Below the pieces are notes generated by a model. It saw only the letters and a program-made list of their open reading frames with translations. It was not told the origin of the DNA and made no database searches. A stretch of 38,489 nucleotides of DNA from a virus (lineage: Duplodnaviria > Caudoviricetes). Below, one piece after another: positions 1-9,804 of the stretch. The stretch lies in the IMG/VR virus record IMGVR_UViG_3300025637_000028, positions 1 to 38,489 of that record; one strand, 5' to 3'. Each line of letters starts with the position of its first letter. The stretch's first letter is position 1. A program made the translations under genes and the position numbers.

Positions 1-63
1 AAAAGATAGATATATAAACCTATAAGGCTATAAAAACCCCAGCTACCAAACATGTCCAATTTT

Positions 64-153
64 ACCTGTACCCTGTGCATTTTGCTTGAAACCCAATGGC
101 TATGCGGCTTTGAGGCGCACAGGTGGCTTTTTTTACCCTGTGCACCCTGTGCA
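64..153. repeat. Iteron-like repeats, candidate replication origin
   Basis: ACCCTGTGCA at 70-79, 135-144 and 144-153; inverted copy GCACAGGT at 117-124; variant ACCTGTAC at 64-71; AT-rich tract at 1-35. Confidence 0.5.
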
Positions 154-159
154 GGCTAT

Positions 160-624
160 TTAGCTCCTGGCAAGGGCCACGATTAGGAAAGGCATCATGG
201 CTGTTATGACTAGTGTTGCACCGGCAATGGCAGCGATGTTGATCAGGTATTGCTTCCGTGCAGCTTTAGACTTTGCTGCTTTGATGCGGGCATCCTTAAT
301 CGCTCGACGCTCACGCAGCATGTCGGTGTAGAACTCTTTGCCTGCGGTATAGAGTATGACCTCCCTCAAGTCCCGCTCAAAGTCAGCTATCTGCTTTTTA
401 GCTGTGACGATCTGCAACGCTTCAGCCTCGACTGAACCACTGGTAAGAAACCCTGCTTTTGTTTTGTTGGCAGCTTCAGCAGCCAGGACAGCGTCTCTGC
501 TGTCGTAAAACTTAGCGACACGATCTGACAAGTCCATAATGCTGTGGCCAGCACCGACTGCCCTCGTGATGAAACTATGTGCTGACTTGGCGGCGCTCAC
601 CGCCATTGTTATTTCTGCGATCAA
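160..624 (-). CDS. Hypothetical membrane-anchored coiled-coil protein
   Basis: 154-aa ORF, helical and charged body, C-terminal hydrophobic segment LINIAAIAGATLVITAMMPFLIVAL; upstream extended -10 element. Confidence 0.8.
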   Translation of the reverse strand: MIAEITMAVSAAKSAHSFITRAVGAGHSIMDLSDRVAKFYDSRDAVLAAEAANKTKAGFLTSGSVEAEALQIVTAKKQIADFERDLREVILYTAGKEFYTDMLRERRAIKDARIKAAKSKAARKQYLINIAAIAGATLVITAMMPFLIVALARS

Positions 625-669
625 TGGGATGCTCCGCTGGGGTTGGCTGTGCCTGAGTAGGCATTGATC

Positions 670-678
670 ATTATATCA
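670..678 (-). promoter_or_regulatory. Extended -10 sigma70 promoter for the leftward gene
   Basis: Minus strand reads TGATATAAT (TGnTATAAT) about 45 nt upstream of the start at 624. Confidence 0.5.
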
Positions 679-799
679 GCAGCATTCTGTGTCCCCTCAT
701 TCAGTCAACCGTCACAGTCAACTATCGTTAGGACACAAACCCACACCCAACAATGCAATATAATGCTGCTCTTTAAGCATCTAACGGGAGCGATCAGCA

Positions 800-1183
800 T
801 TGGCTAACACTAAGGTCATTGACTACGAAAAGCTGTACAACCTAGCAAAGATGGGGCTGTCAGAAGAGCAGATAGCTACAAGCCTTGGCATATCAGTGTC
901 TACTATATCCAGGCGTAAGCGGGATGATGACCTATTTGCCGACACCATAAAGGCTGGCAAGCAGGAAGGCATCACCGCCGTGACCAACCAACTGTTCAAC
1001 TCCGCTACTGATGCAGCCAAACCCAACACAAGCGCAGCCATATTCTTCCTCAAGAACCGAGCAGGTTGGCGGGATAAGACCGAAGTGGATGCTAACGTAA
1101 GCGGTGATGTCACGGTCAATCACGATGTTGATGCTGCACTCGCATCACTCAAGGAAGCTGGCATTGATCCAAGCAAGCTATAG
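800..1183 (+). CDS. terS: Terminase small subunit
   Basis: N-terminal HTH (GLSEEQIATSLGISVSTISR), AAIFFLKNRAGWRDK motif, position upstream of terL, GGGAG RBS. Confidence 0.85.
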   Translation: MANTKVIDYEKLYNLAKMGLSEEQIATSLGISVSTISRRKRDDDLFADTIKAGKQEGITAVTNQLFNSATDAAKPNTSAAIFFLKNRAGWRDKTEVDANVSGDVTVNHDVDAALASLKEAGIDPSKL

Positions 1184-1218
1184 AACGTCCAATGCGGCAT
1201 TGGATAAAAAGCTATATA

Positions 1219-1231
1219 AATCAATGACTTA
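1219..1231 (+). promoter_or_regulatory. IHF-binding site
   Basis: AATCAATGACTTA matches the consensus WATCARnnnnTTR, with an A-rich tract upstream. Confidence 0.6.
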
Positions 1232-1280
1232 CGTCACCGGATCACAAAAAGACGTTGCATTTGATAACCGAATAGCCTGG

Positions 1281-1341
1281 GAAGCGCCCATTTCAGATGC
1301 GCTTCGCAAAATCGAGGTACCTCGCTGGGGCGCTACGCCCC
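1281..1341. repeat. Cluster of three inverted repeats between terS and terL
   Basis: GAAGCGC-n11-GCGCTTC (1281-1305), perfect palindrome CGAGGTACCTCG (1313-1324), GGGGCG-cta-CGCCCC (1327-1341). Confidence 0.6.
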
Positions 1342-1374
1342 CACATATCTCGTTACATATAGGGGCGCTTTAAT

Positions 1375-1626
1375 ATGCCACTCGCTAAATTTATGCACCG
1401 GCTGGCCGACGATACGCCAAGCGTTGTCCGTGAAGGCGAAGGGGTTCTCCACCAACAACGTAACTCTTTTACTGATGACGAGCTTATCAGTACGCACCCA
1501 GAACAGATGTCTGTCCCGATGTTACAAGCCGCACAGATTCGGATCAATGAGGATGAAGACTTTGCTACGCGATATCGAGCGGGAACCGTTTACCCACCGA
1601 TGCAAAAGATGGGCGTAAACTTTTGA
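1375..1626 (+). CDS. Hypothetical protein
   Basis: 83-aa ORF with AGGGG upstream; stop overlaps the terL start (TTGA). Confidence 0.65.
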   Translation: MPLAKFMHRLADDTPSVVREGEGVLHQQRNSFTDDELISTHPEQMSVPMLQAAQIRINEDEDFATRYRAGTVYPPMQKMGVNF

Positions 1627-3113
1627 CAGAAACGACTTCAAAAAAAGCGGTTCGCAAAAAAGACGGTCTTCTGAAAAATGAGGCCGCAAAAAATAAGGCG
1701 CTCAAAATAGCGGAAGCCATCCGCGTGGTGAAGCTGCACAAAGCGCAGAACCGTCTGAAGTATTGGGAGCCATACGGTTGGCAAGAAGACTTCTACGCCG
1801 CTGGTAAAGACAACAAACAACGAATGCTGATGGCGGCAAACCGCGTAGGCAAAACTGCCTCCCAGGCAGCAGAAGTAGCATTTCACCTCACAGGCTTATA
1901 TCCAGATTGGTGGGTGGGGATCAGGTTCACCCGACCTACAAAGATATGGTGCCTGGGCGTGTCCGGTGAGCAGCTACGCGATGTAATCGTTAAAGAATTG
2001 TTGGGCATGTACTTGGGCGAGGGGAAGTTCGACGGCTCTGGCCTCATACCTCAAAGGCTTATCTACCAAGTAACCCCTGCGATGGGTACGCCACGCTTAC
2101 CAAGAGATGTGGCGGTGCGCCATGCGGCGGGTAATACAAGCCTTGTAAGTTTTAAGTCCTACACTCAGGGGCAGCATGTCCTGATGGGTTCAAGCCAGGA
2201 CTATATCTGGATCGACGAAGAGCCGACCGACCCTACCATTTATCCTCAGTGTTTAACGAGGACTGCCACTGGCAACGATGGGAAGGGCGGCTACCTCGTC
2301 GGTACTTTAACGCCAGAGAACGGCATGACTGAACTGGTAAGTCAGTTCATGGACAACCCGAACAAGGGCCAGTATCTCCAGAATGTCACATGGAACGATG
2401 CGCCACACATCACTGAAGAGACTAAGACCCAGCTTTTAGCGGCTATTCCAGAGTACCAGCGGGATATGCGGTCAAAGGGCATACCCGTTCTGGGTGAGGG
2501 CATGGTCTTCCCCATAGCCGAAGAGGCTATAAAGATTGAGCCGTTTGAAATACCGGAGCATTACAAGAAATTGTGCGCTGTGGACTTCGGAATAACGCAC
2601 CCGACCACCTGTGTCTGGACGGCCTACGACCCTGACAGCGATGTCATATACGTTTATGACGCTTACAAGAAAGAAGGCGAGATTCCAGCCGTCCACTCAA
2701 CTGTTATCAAGTCCAGGGGTAAGGATATCCCCTGCATCTATCCCCATGACGGCGACAACACAGAGAAGGGCAGCGGCAGAACTCTAGCGGAGATGTACTT
2801 GGAGGCGGGGGTGCTGATGATCGGAAAGTTTACCAACCCTGACGGCACCAACTACGTCGAGCCAGGACTGATGGAGATGTTGGAGAGGTTTCGCACTGGG
2901 CGTTTGCGGGTGTTCAGCAACTTGGTGCCTTGGTTTGAAGAGTTTCGCCGGTATCACCGGAAGAAAGGAAAGATTCACAAAGAATTTGACGATTTGATGG
3001 ATGCCACGCGGTATTCAGCGATCTCAGTGACCCGATACGGGCAAAACGCAGTCGAGCGACAGCAACTAACCAACGGACAGTCAGGATATACGACCCATGA
3101 ATATAACTTCTGA
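1623..3113 (+). CDS. terL: Terminase large subunit (P22 gp2-like)
   Basis: Walker A MAANRVGKT, Walker B YIWIDEEP, motif III TLTPENG, nuclease motifs AVDFGITHP and DDLMDATRY. Confidence 0.95.
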   Translation: MTETTSKKAVRKKDGLLKNEAAKNKALKIAEAIRVVKLHKAQNRLKYWEPYGWQEDFYAAGKDNKQRMLMAANRVGKTASQAAEVAFHLTGLYPDWWVGIRFTRPTKIWCLGVSGEQLRDVIVKELLGMYLGEGKFDGSGLIPQRLIYQVTPAMGTPRLPRDVAVRHAAGNTSLVSFKSYTQGQHVLMGSSQDYIWIDEEPTDPTIYPQCLTRTATGNDGKGGYLVGTLTPENGMTELVSQFMDNPNKGQYLQNVTWNDAPHITEETKTQLLAAIPEYQRDMRSKGIPVLGEGMVFPIAEEAIKIEPFEIPEHYKKLCAVDFGITHPTTCVWTAYDPDSDVIYVYDAYKKEGEIPAVHSTVIKSRGKDIPCIYPHDGDNTEKGSGRTLAEMYLEAGVLMIGKFTNPDGTNYVEPGLMEMLERFRTGRLRVFSNLVPWFEEFRRYHRKKGKIHKEFDDLMDATRYSAISVTRYGQNAVERQQLTNGQSGYTTHEYNF

Positions 3114-5190
3114 GATAAACGAAGGCGAGTTGCTTGCCTCGTTAGAAAACATGATCAACGCCGCCGACTCATACTCTGAGAGCGAGATCGGTGAGCAGCG
3201 GGACAAGGGCCACAGCTACTACTACGGTATGCCGCTGGGTAATGAGCGCACTGGACGGTCACAGCATGTGAGCATGGACGTTTTTGACGGAGTCGAGTCT
3301 ATTAAGGCGATGCTTCTTGAATGTATGACGGCTGACCGCAACGTGTGCCGCTTCGATCCGCAAACCGCAGAGGACTTTCTGCCTGCCAAGATGGCTACGG
3401 CGCTGACTAACTACATTTTCTATCGTGAGAATAAAGGATCAAAGATTCTGCACGATGTGATTCACGATGCGCTGGTCGCTAAGACTGGAATCGTGAAGCG
3501 GTACTACAAGAATTATTATGAGTATGACGAGGAAACCTTTGAGGGTTTAGATGAGGCCAGCTTTAACCAGCTTGGGGCTGATGAGTCCGTAACGATTACT
3601 GAGTATGACGAGCAGCAGCAGATGGGCCAGATGCAAGACCCGCAAAGTGGTCAGGTTATCGAGGTTCCACAGATGCTATATAGCGGTGAGCTTTTGCGGA
3701 AGATAGATAAGAGCAAAATCTGCATTGAGGTGATACCGCCAGAAGACTTCCTTGTAACCCCTCGCGCTACGGATGAAGAGGATGCTGATTTCTGTTCGCA
3801 CAGAACTAGCCGCACCCGTGGTGAGCTATTAAGTGAGGGCTACGACCCTGACCTGGTCGCCAAGCTGGATGAAGATAAGGACATGAAGGGTGACGGGCGT
3901 ATAGGCCGTGACGCTGTCGATGGGTTTCGCCACGATGACGATAACAGCGACAACCATGATCGCCAGTACGTCACTATCTACGAAAGTTACATGAAGAAGT
4001 ACCGCGAAGACTTGCAGAAGTGCGTAGTGCTGAAGGTACTTCACAGCCGCAGAGTTATGTTGGACGTTGAGATAGTCAGCGAGAAGCCTTTTCGGTACTT
4101 CACGCCATTCCCACTACCTCACAGGTTCCACGGTATGAGCCTTGCGGATGTTCTGTTTGATATACAGAAAACGCAGAGCAGCTTGAAGCGTGGCGTGGTC
4201 GATCACACCTTTATGACTAACACCTCACGGTTCATCGCTAACTTGTCCCTGGTTAAGAATCCCAGAGACCTGCTACAGAATAAGGTCGGCGCAGTTATCG
4301 ACGTTAACAGCCCGAACCCTGAGTCGGTTGTCAGACCTATGCCGATGCCTAACCTCTCAGGCACCGTCTTCCAGGCGATTGAGAACCTTGAAACTGAGAA
4401 GGAAGCGCGTAGCGGTATGAGCCGTATGGCCCGTGGCATGGACAGCACTGTTGTTAGTAAGCAGAACAGTTCTGACCTGATCACTCAGTTTATGAACGCC
4501 AGTAACCGCAGAATCATGGTCATGGCCCGCAACTTAGCTGAGAACTTCTTAAAGCCCCTGATGCACGACATCTACCGCCTAGCGGTGGAGAACGAGTCCC
4601 AGGAAAAGATGATTCAGCTAGACGGCCAGTTTGTCCCTGTTAACCCGCAGTTCTTAGGTGACCGTACCGAGATGTCTGTCGCCGTGGCCCTAACGCCCGA
4701 TGAGCAGGCGAGAGAAGCCCAGCTACTGTTGTCACTTGATCAGCAGTTCACGATGAACCCCAACGATCCCAATGTGGGCGGTATGTACAACGCGCCGCAG
4801 CGACATGCGCTGCTGAGTCGCGCATATGAGTTGCTGAACATTAAGTCTGGCGGCATGTACCTGTTCGATCCAAATAGCCCAGAGTTCCAAGAGCAGCAGC
4901 AGATGATGCAGCAGCAGCAGGAAGAGGCCGCAGCCAAGCAGGCAGAAGTTGAGAAGTTCAACGCGGGTATGACTGCACGACAGGTTGCCGTTCTGGAAGG
5001 CCAGTTAGAACTCGATGTGATGAAAGAGCAGAACAAGATGCTCATTGAGATGGAGAACATGCAGCACAACCAGGAAGAGACAGAGAGCCGGTTGATGTTG
5101 GACGTTGAGAAGCAGACTCACGACATGGAGATGTCAGAAGCAGAATTGCAACTTGAAACTGAACAAAAACGCAACGTGAGTATTGGCTAA
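3097..5190 (+). CDS. Portal protein (P22-like, long C-terminal Q/E-rich coiled coil)
   Basis: 697 aa directly after terL; DALVAKTGIVK and IEVIPPEDF motifs; helical barrel-like tail. Confidence 0.9.
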   Translation: MNITSEINEGELLASLENMINAADSYSESEIGEQRDKGHSYYYGMPLGNERTGRSQHVSMDVFDGVESIKAMLLECMTADRNVCRFDPQTAEDFLPAKMATALTNYIFYRENKGSKILHDVIHDALVAKTGIVKRYYKNYYEYDEETFEGLDEASFNQLGADESVTITEYDEQQQMGQMQDPQSGQVIEVPQMLYSGELLRKIDKSKICIEVIPPEDFLVTPRATDEEDADFCSHRTSRTRGELLSEGYDPDLVAKLDEDKDMKGDGRIGRDAVDGFRHDDDNSDNHDRQYVTIYESYMKKYREDLQKCVVLKVLHSRRVMLDVEIVSEKPFRYFTPFPLPHRFHGMSLADVLFDIQKTQSSLKRGVVDHTFMTNTSRFIANLSLVKNPRDLLQNKVGAVIDVNSPNPESVVRPMPMPNLSGTVFQAIENLETEKEARSGMSRMARGMDSTVVSKQNSSDLITQFMNASNRRIMVMARNLAENFLKPLMHDIYRLAVENESQEKMIQLDGQFVPVNPQFLGDRTEMSVAVALTPDEQAREAQLLLSLDQQFTMNPNDPNVGGMYNAPQRHALLSRAYELLNIKSGGMYLFDPNSPEFQEQQQMMQQQQEEAAAKQAEVEKFNAGMTARQVAVLEGQLELDVMKEQNKMLIEMENMQHNQEETESRLMLDVEKQTHDMEMSEAELQLETEQKRNVSIG

Positions 5191-5408
5191 TGACGGAAGA
5201 TGCGAACAGGTTCGATGCTTTTATAAAAAAGGCTAACGACAAAAAATATGCAAAGAAAAAAACGCGAAAGCAGGCGTTTGATGAATTTCAAAAGTGGAAA
5301 GACGGAAAGCTAGATAAAGACACGGCAATGCCCAAAGCCCCTTCGCGGGGGCGTATGGCAAAAATCAAACCTAAACCAACCACAACTGTGGAGTTACCCG
5401 ATGAATGA
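5190..5408 (+). CDS. Small Lys-rich hypothetical protein
   Basis: 72 aa, TAATG-coupled to portal and overlapping the next gene. Confidence 0.65.
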   Translation: MTEDANRFDAFIKKANDKKYAKKKTRKQAFDEFQKWKDGKLDKDTAMPKAPSRGRMAKIKPKPTTTVELPDE

Positions 5409-5655
5409 TGCAGAACCAGGCGACCTGGCTACCGAAGCCAACGCCGCAACTGAAATGTTAGGAAGCGTTGTTTTCAACAAAGCTTTTGAAACGATGAACG
5501 CGCAAATTGTTGATCAAATTTTAGCTACGCCCCCAGAAGCAGATGCTGAGAGGGAGCGTTTATACAACATGTTTAAGGCCGGTCAGGTCTTTGTGCAGCA
5601 GCTTGCAGGCATGGTCAATAAATATGAACTAACGAAGACACAGGAACAGGTGTAA
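5401..5655 (+). CDS. Hypothetical head-module protein
   Basis: 84-aa helical ORF with GGAG RBS between portal and scaffold. Confidence 0.75.
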   Translation: MNDAEPGDLATEANAATEMLGSVVFNKAFETMNAQIVDQILATPPEADAERERLYNMFKAGQVFVQQLAGMVNKYELTKTQEQV

Positions 5656-5670
5656 ACTAGGAGAATAACC

Positions 5671-6639
5671 ATGTCAGACGAGCAAACCGCACAGGACTCA
5701 ACTGAATCAAGTGGTAACGACATTATTGCTAGACTAACGGCTGCGATGGAGTCCTCGCCAGAGGAACAAACCGAAGTACCTGAAGAAGAGCAAGAGGTGG
5801 TCGAAGAGACTACCGATGAAGTGATCGAAGAGTCGCAGGAAGTTGAAGAAGAGTCAGAAGAATCTGATGAGGTCGAAGACCCAACTGAAGAATCTGAAGA
5901 TGAACCAGAAGCCGCACCTGAATATATAACCGAAGGCAATATCGAGATCGACGGCGAGTCCGTATCGGTTGAAGAGATTAAACTTGGTTACATGCGACAG
6001 GCTGATTACACCAAGAAGACGCAATCTGTTGCCGAACAGCGTAAAGCCGCCGAAGAACAAACGGCTACTTACGAATCCTCATTGAGCGCCCTCTTGACCG
6101 CTGCTGGAGCAGACCTATCACGGTTCGATAACGTGAATTGGGAACAAGCCGCAGTGGACAACCCCGATCAATACAAGCAAGCGAAGGCTATGTTTGAGCA
6201 AACGAAGCAAACGCACGATTTTATTCGCGCACAGGCTAACGAGCATCAACAGCGTTCTGAAAAACAGCAACAGGCGGCAGCAAAAGAAAGTGCCAAAGAA
6301 AGCCTGACTGTACTCAAATCAACAATCCCTAATTGGAATAATGACTTGTACTACTCAATTGGTGAGTACGCAACAAAGTCGTTAGGCGTGACCTCTGAAG
6401 AATTCAACGAGACCCACGACCACCGAATGATTACGGCATTGTACAAAGCTATGAAGTTTGATCAGGCGAAATCGGTTACGCAAAAGAAAGTAAAAGCGAC
6501 ACCGAAAAAAACTTTATCGGGCAAGAAAGCAGAACCAAAAGATTTAGGAAAAAAGGACAACTATCGCAAGTCGCGTCAACGTCTAAAAAATTCTGGCTCT
6601 ATGGAAGATGCTGTTCAAGCCCTCTTGAACAAAACTTAA
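5671..6639 (+). CDS. Capsid scaffolding protein
   Basis: Very acidic N-terminus, DGESVSVEEIKLGYMRQADYTKKTQ motif, basic C-terminus, immediately upstream of the capsid gene. Confidence 0.88.
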   Translation: MSDEQTAQDSTESSGNDIIARLTAAMESSPEEQTEVPEEEQEVVEETTDEVIEESQEVEEESEESDEVEDPTEESEDEPEAAPEYITEGNIEIDGESVSVEEIKLGYMRQADYTKKTQSVAEQRKAAEEQTATYESSLSALLTAAGADLSRFDNVNWEQAAVDNPDQYKQAKAMFEQTKQTHDFIRAQANEHQQRSEKQQQAAAKESAKESLTVLKSTIPNWNNDLYYSIGEYATKSLGVTSEEFNETHDHRMITALYKAMKFDQAKSVTQKKVKATPKKTLSGKKAEPKDLGKKDNYRKSRQRLKNSGSMEDAVQALLNKT

Positions 6640-6656
6640 CTTTTAGGTAAATAATC

Positions 6657-7556
6657 ATGCCAGTAGTAGCTAACACTTTAAAAACTTACGACCAGGTCGG
6701 TCTAAAACAAGATATTGAGGATATAATTTACGATATATCTCCTACTTTGACGCCCTTTACTTCTTCAATCGGAACAGGCACAGCATCAGCCACGCTACAC
6801 CAGTGGCAGACATCAGAGCTTGCTGCTGTAGGCGCTAACGCCGCAGTTGAAGGCGCGGATGCGGGCGCAGCAGCTAACAACACTACCACCATGAAAACTG
6901 CTAACACGCAGATTTTCACCAAGGTAGTTCAGTCTTCAGGAACTTCTGAAGCTGTAGAGAAGCACGGTCGTGATTCTGACCTGGCGATGAACGTGGCCAT
7001 GAAAGGCAAGGAAATGCGTCGAGATATCGAACACGCATTCGTTGGCGCTGGACAGACAGGTACTGCCGGTAACGCAACTACTGCTCGTCAGCTAACCTCT
7101 GCTCAGAACCAGATCAACGCAGCGACAACCAACACCGCAGGAAGCAACCGAGCATTCAGCGAAGCATTACTGTTGGGTACTTTGCAGTCTGTATATGAAG
7201 CTGGTGGCGATCCTAACCAGATTCAGGTGACTCCATCTCACTCCGTAGTAGTAGCTAACTTTGCTGCTTCAGCAGGCCGTGAGCGTGACTTCAGCACTGG
7301 CACCAAGCTAGTGAATAGCGTGGATTTATATGTGTCGCCATTTGGCGAGTGTTCAGTGGTTCCAAATCGCTTCCTCCAAGCCAACTCTTGTTTGGTACTT
7401 GATACCGAATATTGGTCACGCGCAGTTCTGCGTCCAATGCAGACTATCAACCTCGCCCGTAACGGCGACAGCGAGAAAAAGCAAATGATCACTGAGCAAA
7501 CTTTGGTTTGTGAAAATGACAAAGCGTCAGGTCTTATCAACGCGCTAACTGCTTAA
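6657..7556 (+). CDS. Major capsid protein (DUF5309-like, HK97 fold)
   Basis: DIEDIIYDISPTLTPF, HQWQT, NTQIFTK and KEMRRDIE motifs; followed by a terminator. Confidence 0.9.
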   Translation: MPVVANTLKTYDQVGLKQDIEDIIYDISPTLTPFTSSIGTGTASATLHQWQTSELAAVGANAAVEGADAGAAANNTTTMKTANTQIFTKVVQSSGTSEAVEKHGRDSDLAMNVAMKGKEMRRDIEHAFVGAGQTGTAGNATTARQLTSAQNQINAATTNTAGSNRAFSEALLLGTLQSVYEAGGDPNQIQVTPSHSVVVANFAASAGRERDFSTGTKLVNSVDLYVSPFGECSVVPNRFLQANSCLVLDTEYWSRAVLRPMQTINLARNGDSEKKQMITEQTLVCENDKASGLINALTA

Positions 7557-7568
7557 AGCAATAAAACT

Positions 7569-7598
7569 GGGTGGCCCTTCGGGGCCATCCTTTTATTT
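7569..7598 (+). terminator. Rho-independent terminator after the capsid gene
   Basis: GGGTGGCCC-TTCG-GGGCCATCC stem-loop followed by TTTTATTT. Confidence 0.85.
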
Positions 7599-7615
7599 AT
7601 TTAGGGAGGTTACAA

Positions 7616-7927
7616 ATGCCTGGTTTCTCAACTGGCGAAATGATCGCAAATGTTCAACACGATCAGAGCGATGACAAAATCCACATAAGCCACAGTCAAG
7701 ACGTTAGCGGAATTCTTGAAGCCAATAAAAAGGCCAGAGAACAGGCTGAAGGTCAGCGCATGGGCGACTTGGTTCGCGTAGCGACCATACCTGATGTGGT
7801 GACTGTTGAGTGGATGCAAGAAGGTATAAACGTCATGTCTCCGAATAAAGAAGACCTGGCGAGAATGAAGAAAAAGCTGAACTCACCAGAGTACGCTTAT
7901 TTACGCACAGGCGGCGGCAGACTATGA
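7616..7927 (+). CDS. Hypothetical head-tail module protein
   Basis: ATG at 7616 with GGAGGT RBS (the track's 7571 start lies inside the terminator); ATGA-coupled to the next gene. Confidence 0.8.
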   Translation: MPGFSTGEMIANVQHDQSDDKIHISHSQDVSGILEANKKAREQAEGQRMGDLVRVATIPDVVTVEWMQEGINVMSPNKEDLARMKKKLNSPEYAYLRTGGGRL

Positions 7928-8523
7928 GTATGACTACTTATAACGGCCTCAAAGCCTCAATTGCTAATTGGTTAAATAGAACCGACCTAGCAACGGAAAT
8001 ACCAGATTTTATTCGGTTGGTAGAAAGTCGAATAGCACATGAAGTTCGGATACCAACGATAGAAAAAAAGGTCATAGTGACTATAGACTCAGAAGGTAAG
8101 TCTACGATCCCTTCTGATTTCTTAGAAGTGAAAGATGTTTTCTACAACGACAGACCGATACAGCGTCTAAGTGGAACGCAACTTCGATCATATGTGCAAG
8201 ACTCTGGGACACCCCAGTTTTTTGCGCGTGAAGCAGGAAAACTTTTGTTTTTTCCCACGCCAACACCTACGGCAAGCGACACCTTGGAGATGGTTTATTA
8301 CTACGAGGTAGACGCGCTGACTGACTCCGATCAAACAAACGTCCTTTTGCAAACTATTCCAGAACTATATTTATATGGTGCGCTTGCAGAAGCAGGTAAT
8401 TTTTTAGGCTCGGACAACAGCAGATGGGAAGCAGGATACCAGAACGCTTTTAGTCGCATGATGGCGCATCTCCGTTACAGCGAGTTTTCGGGAGCAACAC
8501 CAGAAGTTGGGAACGGATACTAA
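7924..8523 (+). CDS. Head-tail adaptor / tail tubular protein A-like
   Basis: YNGLKASIANWLNRTDL...IPDFIRLVE and PELYLYGAL motifs typical of podophage adaptors; position after the capsid gene. Confidence 0.8.
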   Translation: MSMTTYNGLKASIANWLNRTDLATEIPDFIRLVESRIAHEVRIPTIEKKVIVTIDSEGKSTIPSDFLEVKDVFYNDRPIQRLSGTQLRSYVQDSGTPQFFAREAGKLLFFPTPTPTASDTLEMVYYYEVDALTDSDQTNVLLQTIPELYLYGALAEAGNFLGSDNSRWEAGYQNAFSRMMAHLRYSEFSGATPEVGNGY

Positions 8524-8526
8524 AAT

Positions 8527-9795
8527 ATGGCAGGTTTTTACGAGAATATATCAATCACAACTGTTCAGGAAGCGGCAGAGGTCGATGCGTTAGAATACAA
8601 AAACGCGGCTGCGGAATCAGCGGCATCTGCCCTCGAATCAAAAGACGCGGCAGCCACATCAGAATCAAATGCAGCCTCATCCGCATCAACTGCTACTGGC
8701 GCACTTTCGTCTGTCACATCAAGTGTAAATGCGGCTGCGGCATCAGCGTCATCTGCCCTCGCATCCAAGAATCTGGCTGAGTCAGCGAAAACAGATGCTG
8801 AAAGCGCGGAAACAAATGCACTCGCATCTAAGAATTTGGCTGAGTCAGCGAAAACAGATGCCGAGACAGCGGCCACCAATGCGGCATCGTCAGAATCAAA
8901 TGTTGCGACAAACGCTTCCACAGCTTTAACCGCGAAAAATAATGCGGAAGCAAGCGCAACTTCTGCCTCTGGATCGGCCTCAACTGCGACTACCAAAGCG
9001 TCAGAAGCATCAGATTCTGCGTCTAACGCTTTGACCTCAGAAAATAATGCGGCATCAAGCGCGTCAACAGCATCAGCATCGGAGACATCTGCACTTGCAT
9101 CAAAAAACGCGGCATCTACATCAGAGACAAATGCGGCAAACTCAGCGACAAATGCGGCAGGTTCAGAGACAAATTCGGCTTCATCAGCCACAGCCTCATC
9201 AAACAGCGCAACATCAGCCACAACAGCACAATCAGCCGCAGAAGCTGCAAGAGATGCCGCATTAGCGGCTTTTGATTCGTTCGATGATCGATATTTGGGT
9301 CAGAAAGCGTCAAATCCTTCTAACGATAACGATGGCAACACACTTGTTGCAGGTACTTTGTACTTCAACACCACGACAGATGAAATGAAAGTCTATGACG
9401 GTAGCACCTGGTTGAATGCATACGCCTCGTTGTCGGGTGCATTACTAGCGACTAGTAACCTGTCTGATCTCAACAATGTCGGCACAACCAGGACTAACTT
9501 AGGGTTAGGCACAGCGGCCACAACAGACGCAAGTGCATACGCTACTGCCGCACAAGCCGACCAGACAGTAACGCTCACGGGCGCAGGAACAACGACTGTG
9601 TCAGGAACATATCCAAACTTTACAGTCACAGGGGTAGGCACTACTTACAATGTCGGAGATGGCGGCCTGACAGAGAAGAACTTTACTACTGCCTTAAAAA
9701 CTAAGCTAGACAACGCAGGAACACAATCTGTTGTCACGACAGCGCCAACAAGCGCCAGTGGCTTTGCTAACGGACACGTTTGGTATGTAGTTTAA
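8527..9795 (+). CDS. Tail fibre protein 1 (Ala/Ser-rich coiled-coil stalk)
   Basis: About 220 aa of A/S/T heptad-like repeats, FDDRYLG...GTLYFNTT..MKVYDGSTW knob, NLSDL...RTNLGLG motif, C-terminal GHVWYVV. Confidence 0.85.
   Translation: MAGFYENISITTVQEAAEVDALEYKNAAAESAASALESKDAAATSESNAASSASTATGALSSVTSSVNAAAASASSALASKNLAESAKTDAESAETNALASKNLAESAKTDAETAATNAASSESNVATNASTALTAKNNAEASATSASGSASTATTKASEASDSASNALTSENNAASSASTASASETSALASKNAASTSETNAANSATNAAGSETNSASSATASSNSATSATTAQSAAEAARDAALAAFDSFDDRYLGQKASNPSNDNDGNTLVAGTLYFNTTTDEMKVYDGSTWLNAYASLSGALLATSNLSDLNNVGTTRTNLGLGTAATTDASAYATAAQADQTVTLTGAGTTTVSGTYPNFTVTGVGTTYNVGDGGLTEKNFTTALKTKLDNAGTQSVVTTAPTSASGFANGHVWYVV
8758..8862 (+). repeat. 63-bp-period duplication (21 aa, three heptads) in fibre 1
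   Basis: CTCGCATCYAAGAATYTGGCTGAGTCAGCGAAAACAGATGC at 8758 and 8821. Confidence 0.85.
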
Positions 9796-9804
9796 GAGGC
9801 CGTT

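Noticed and set aside
1104-1373. 89-aa ORF spanning the terS-terL gap
   Set aside because: Overlaps terS by 80 bp, has no recognisable motif and runs through the IHF and palindrome cluster
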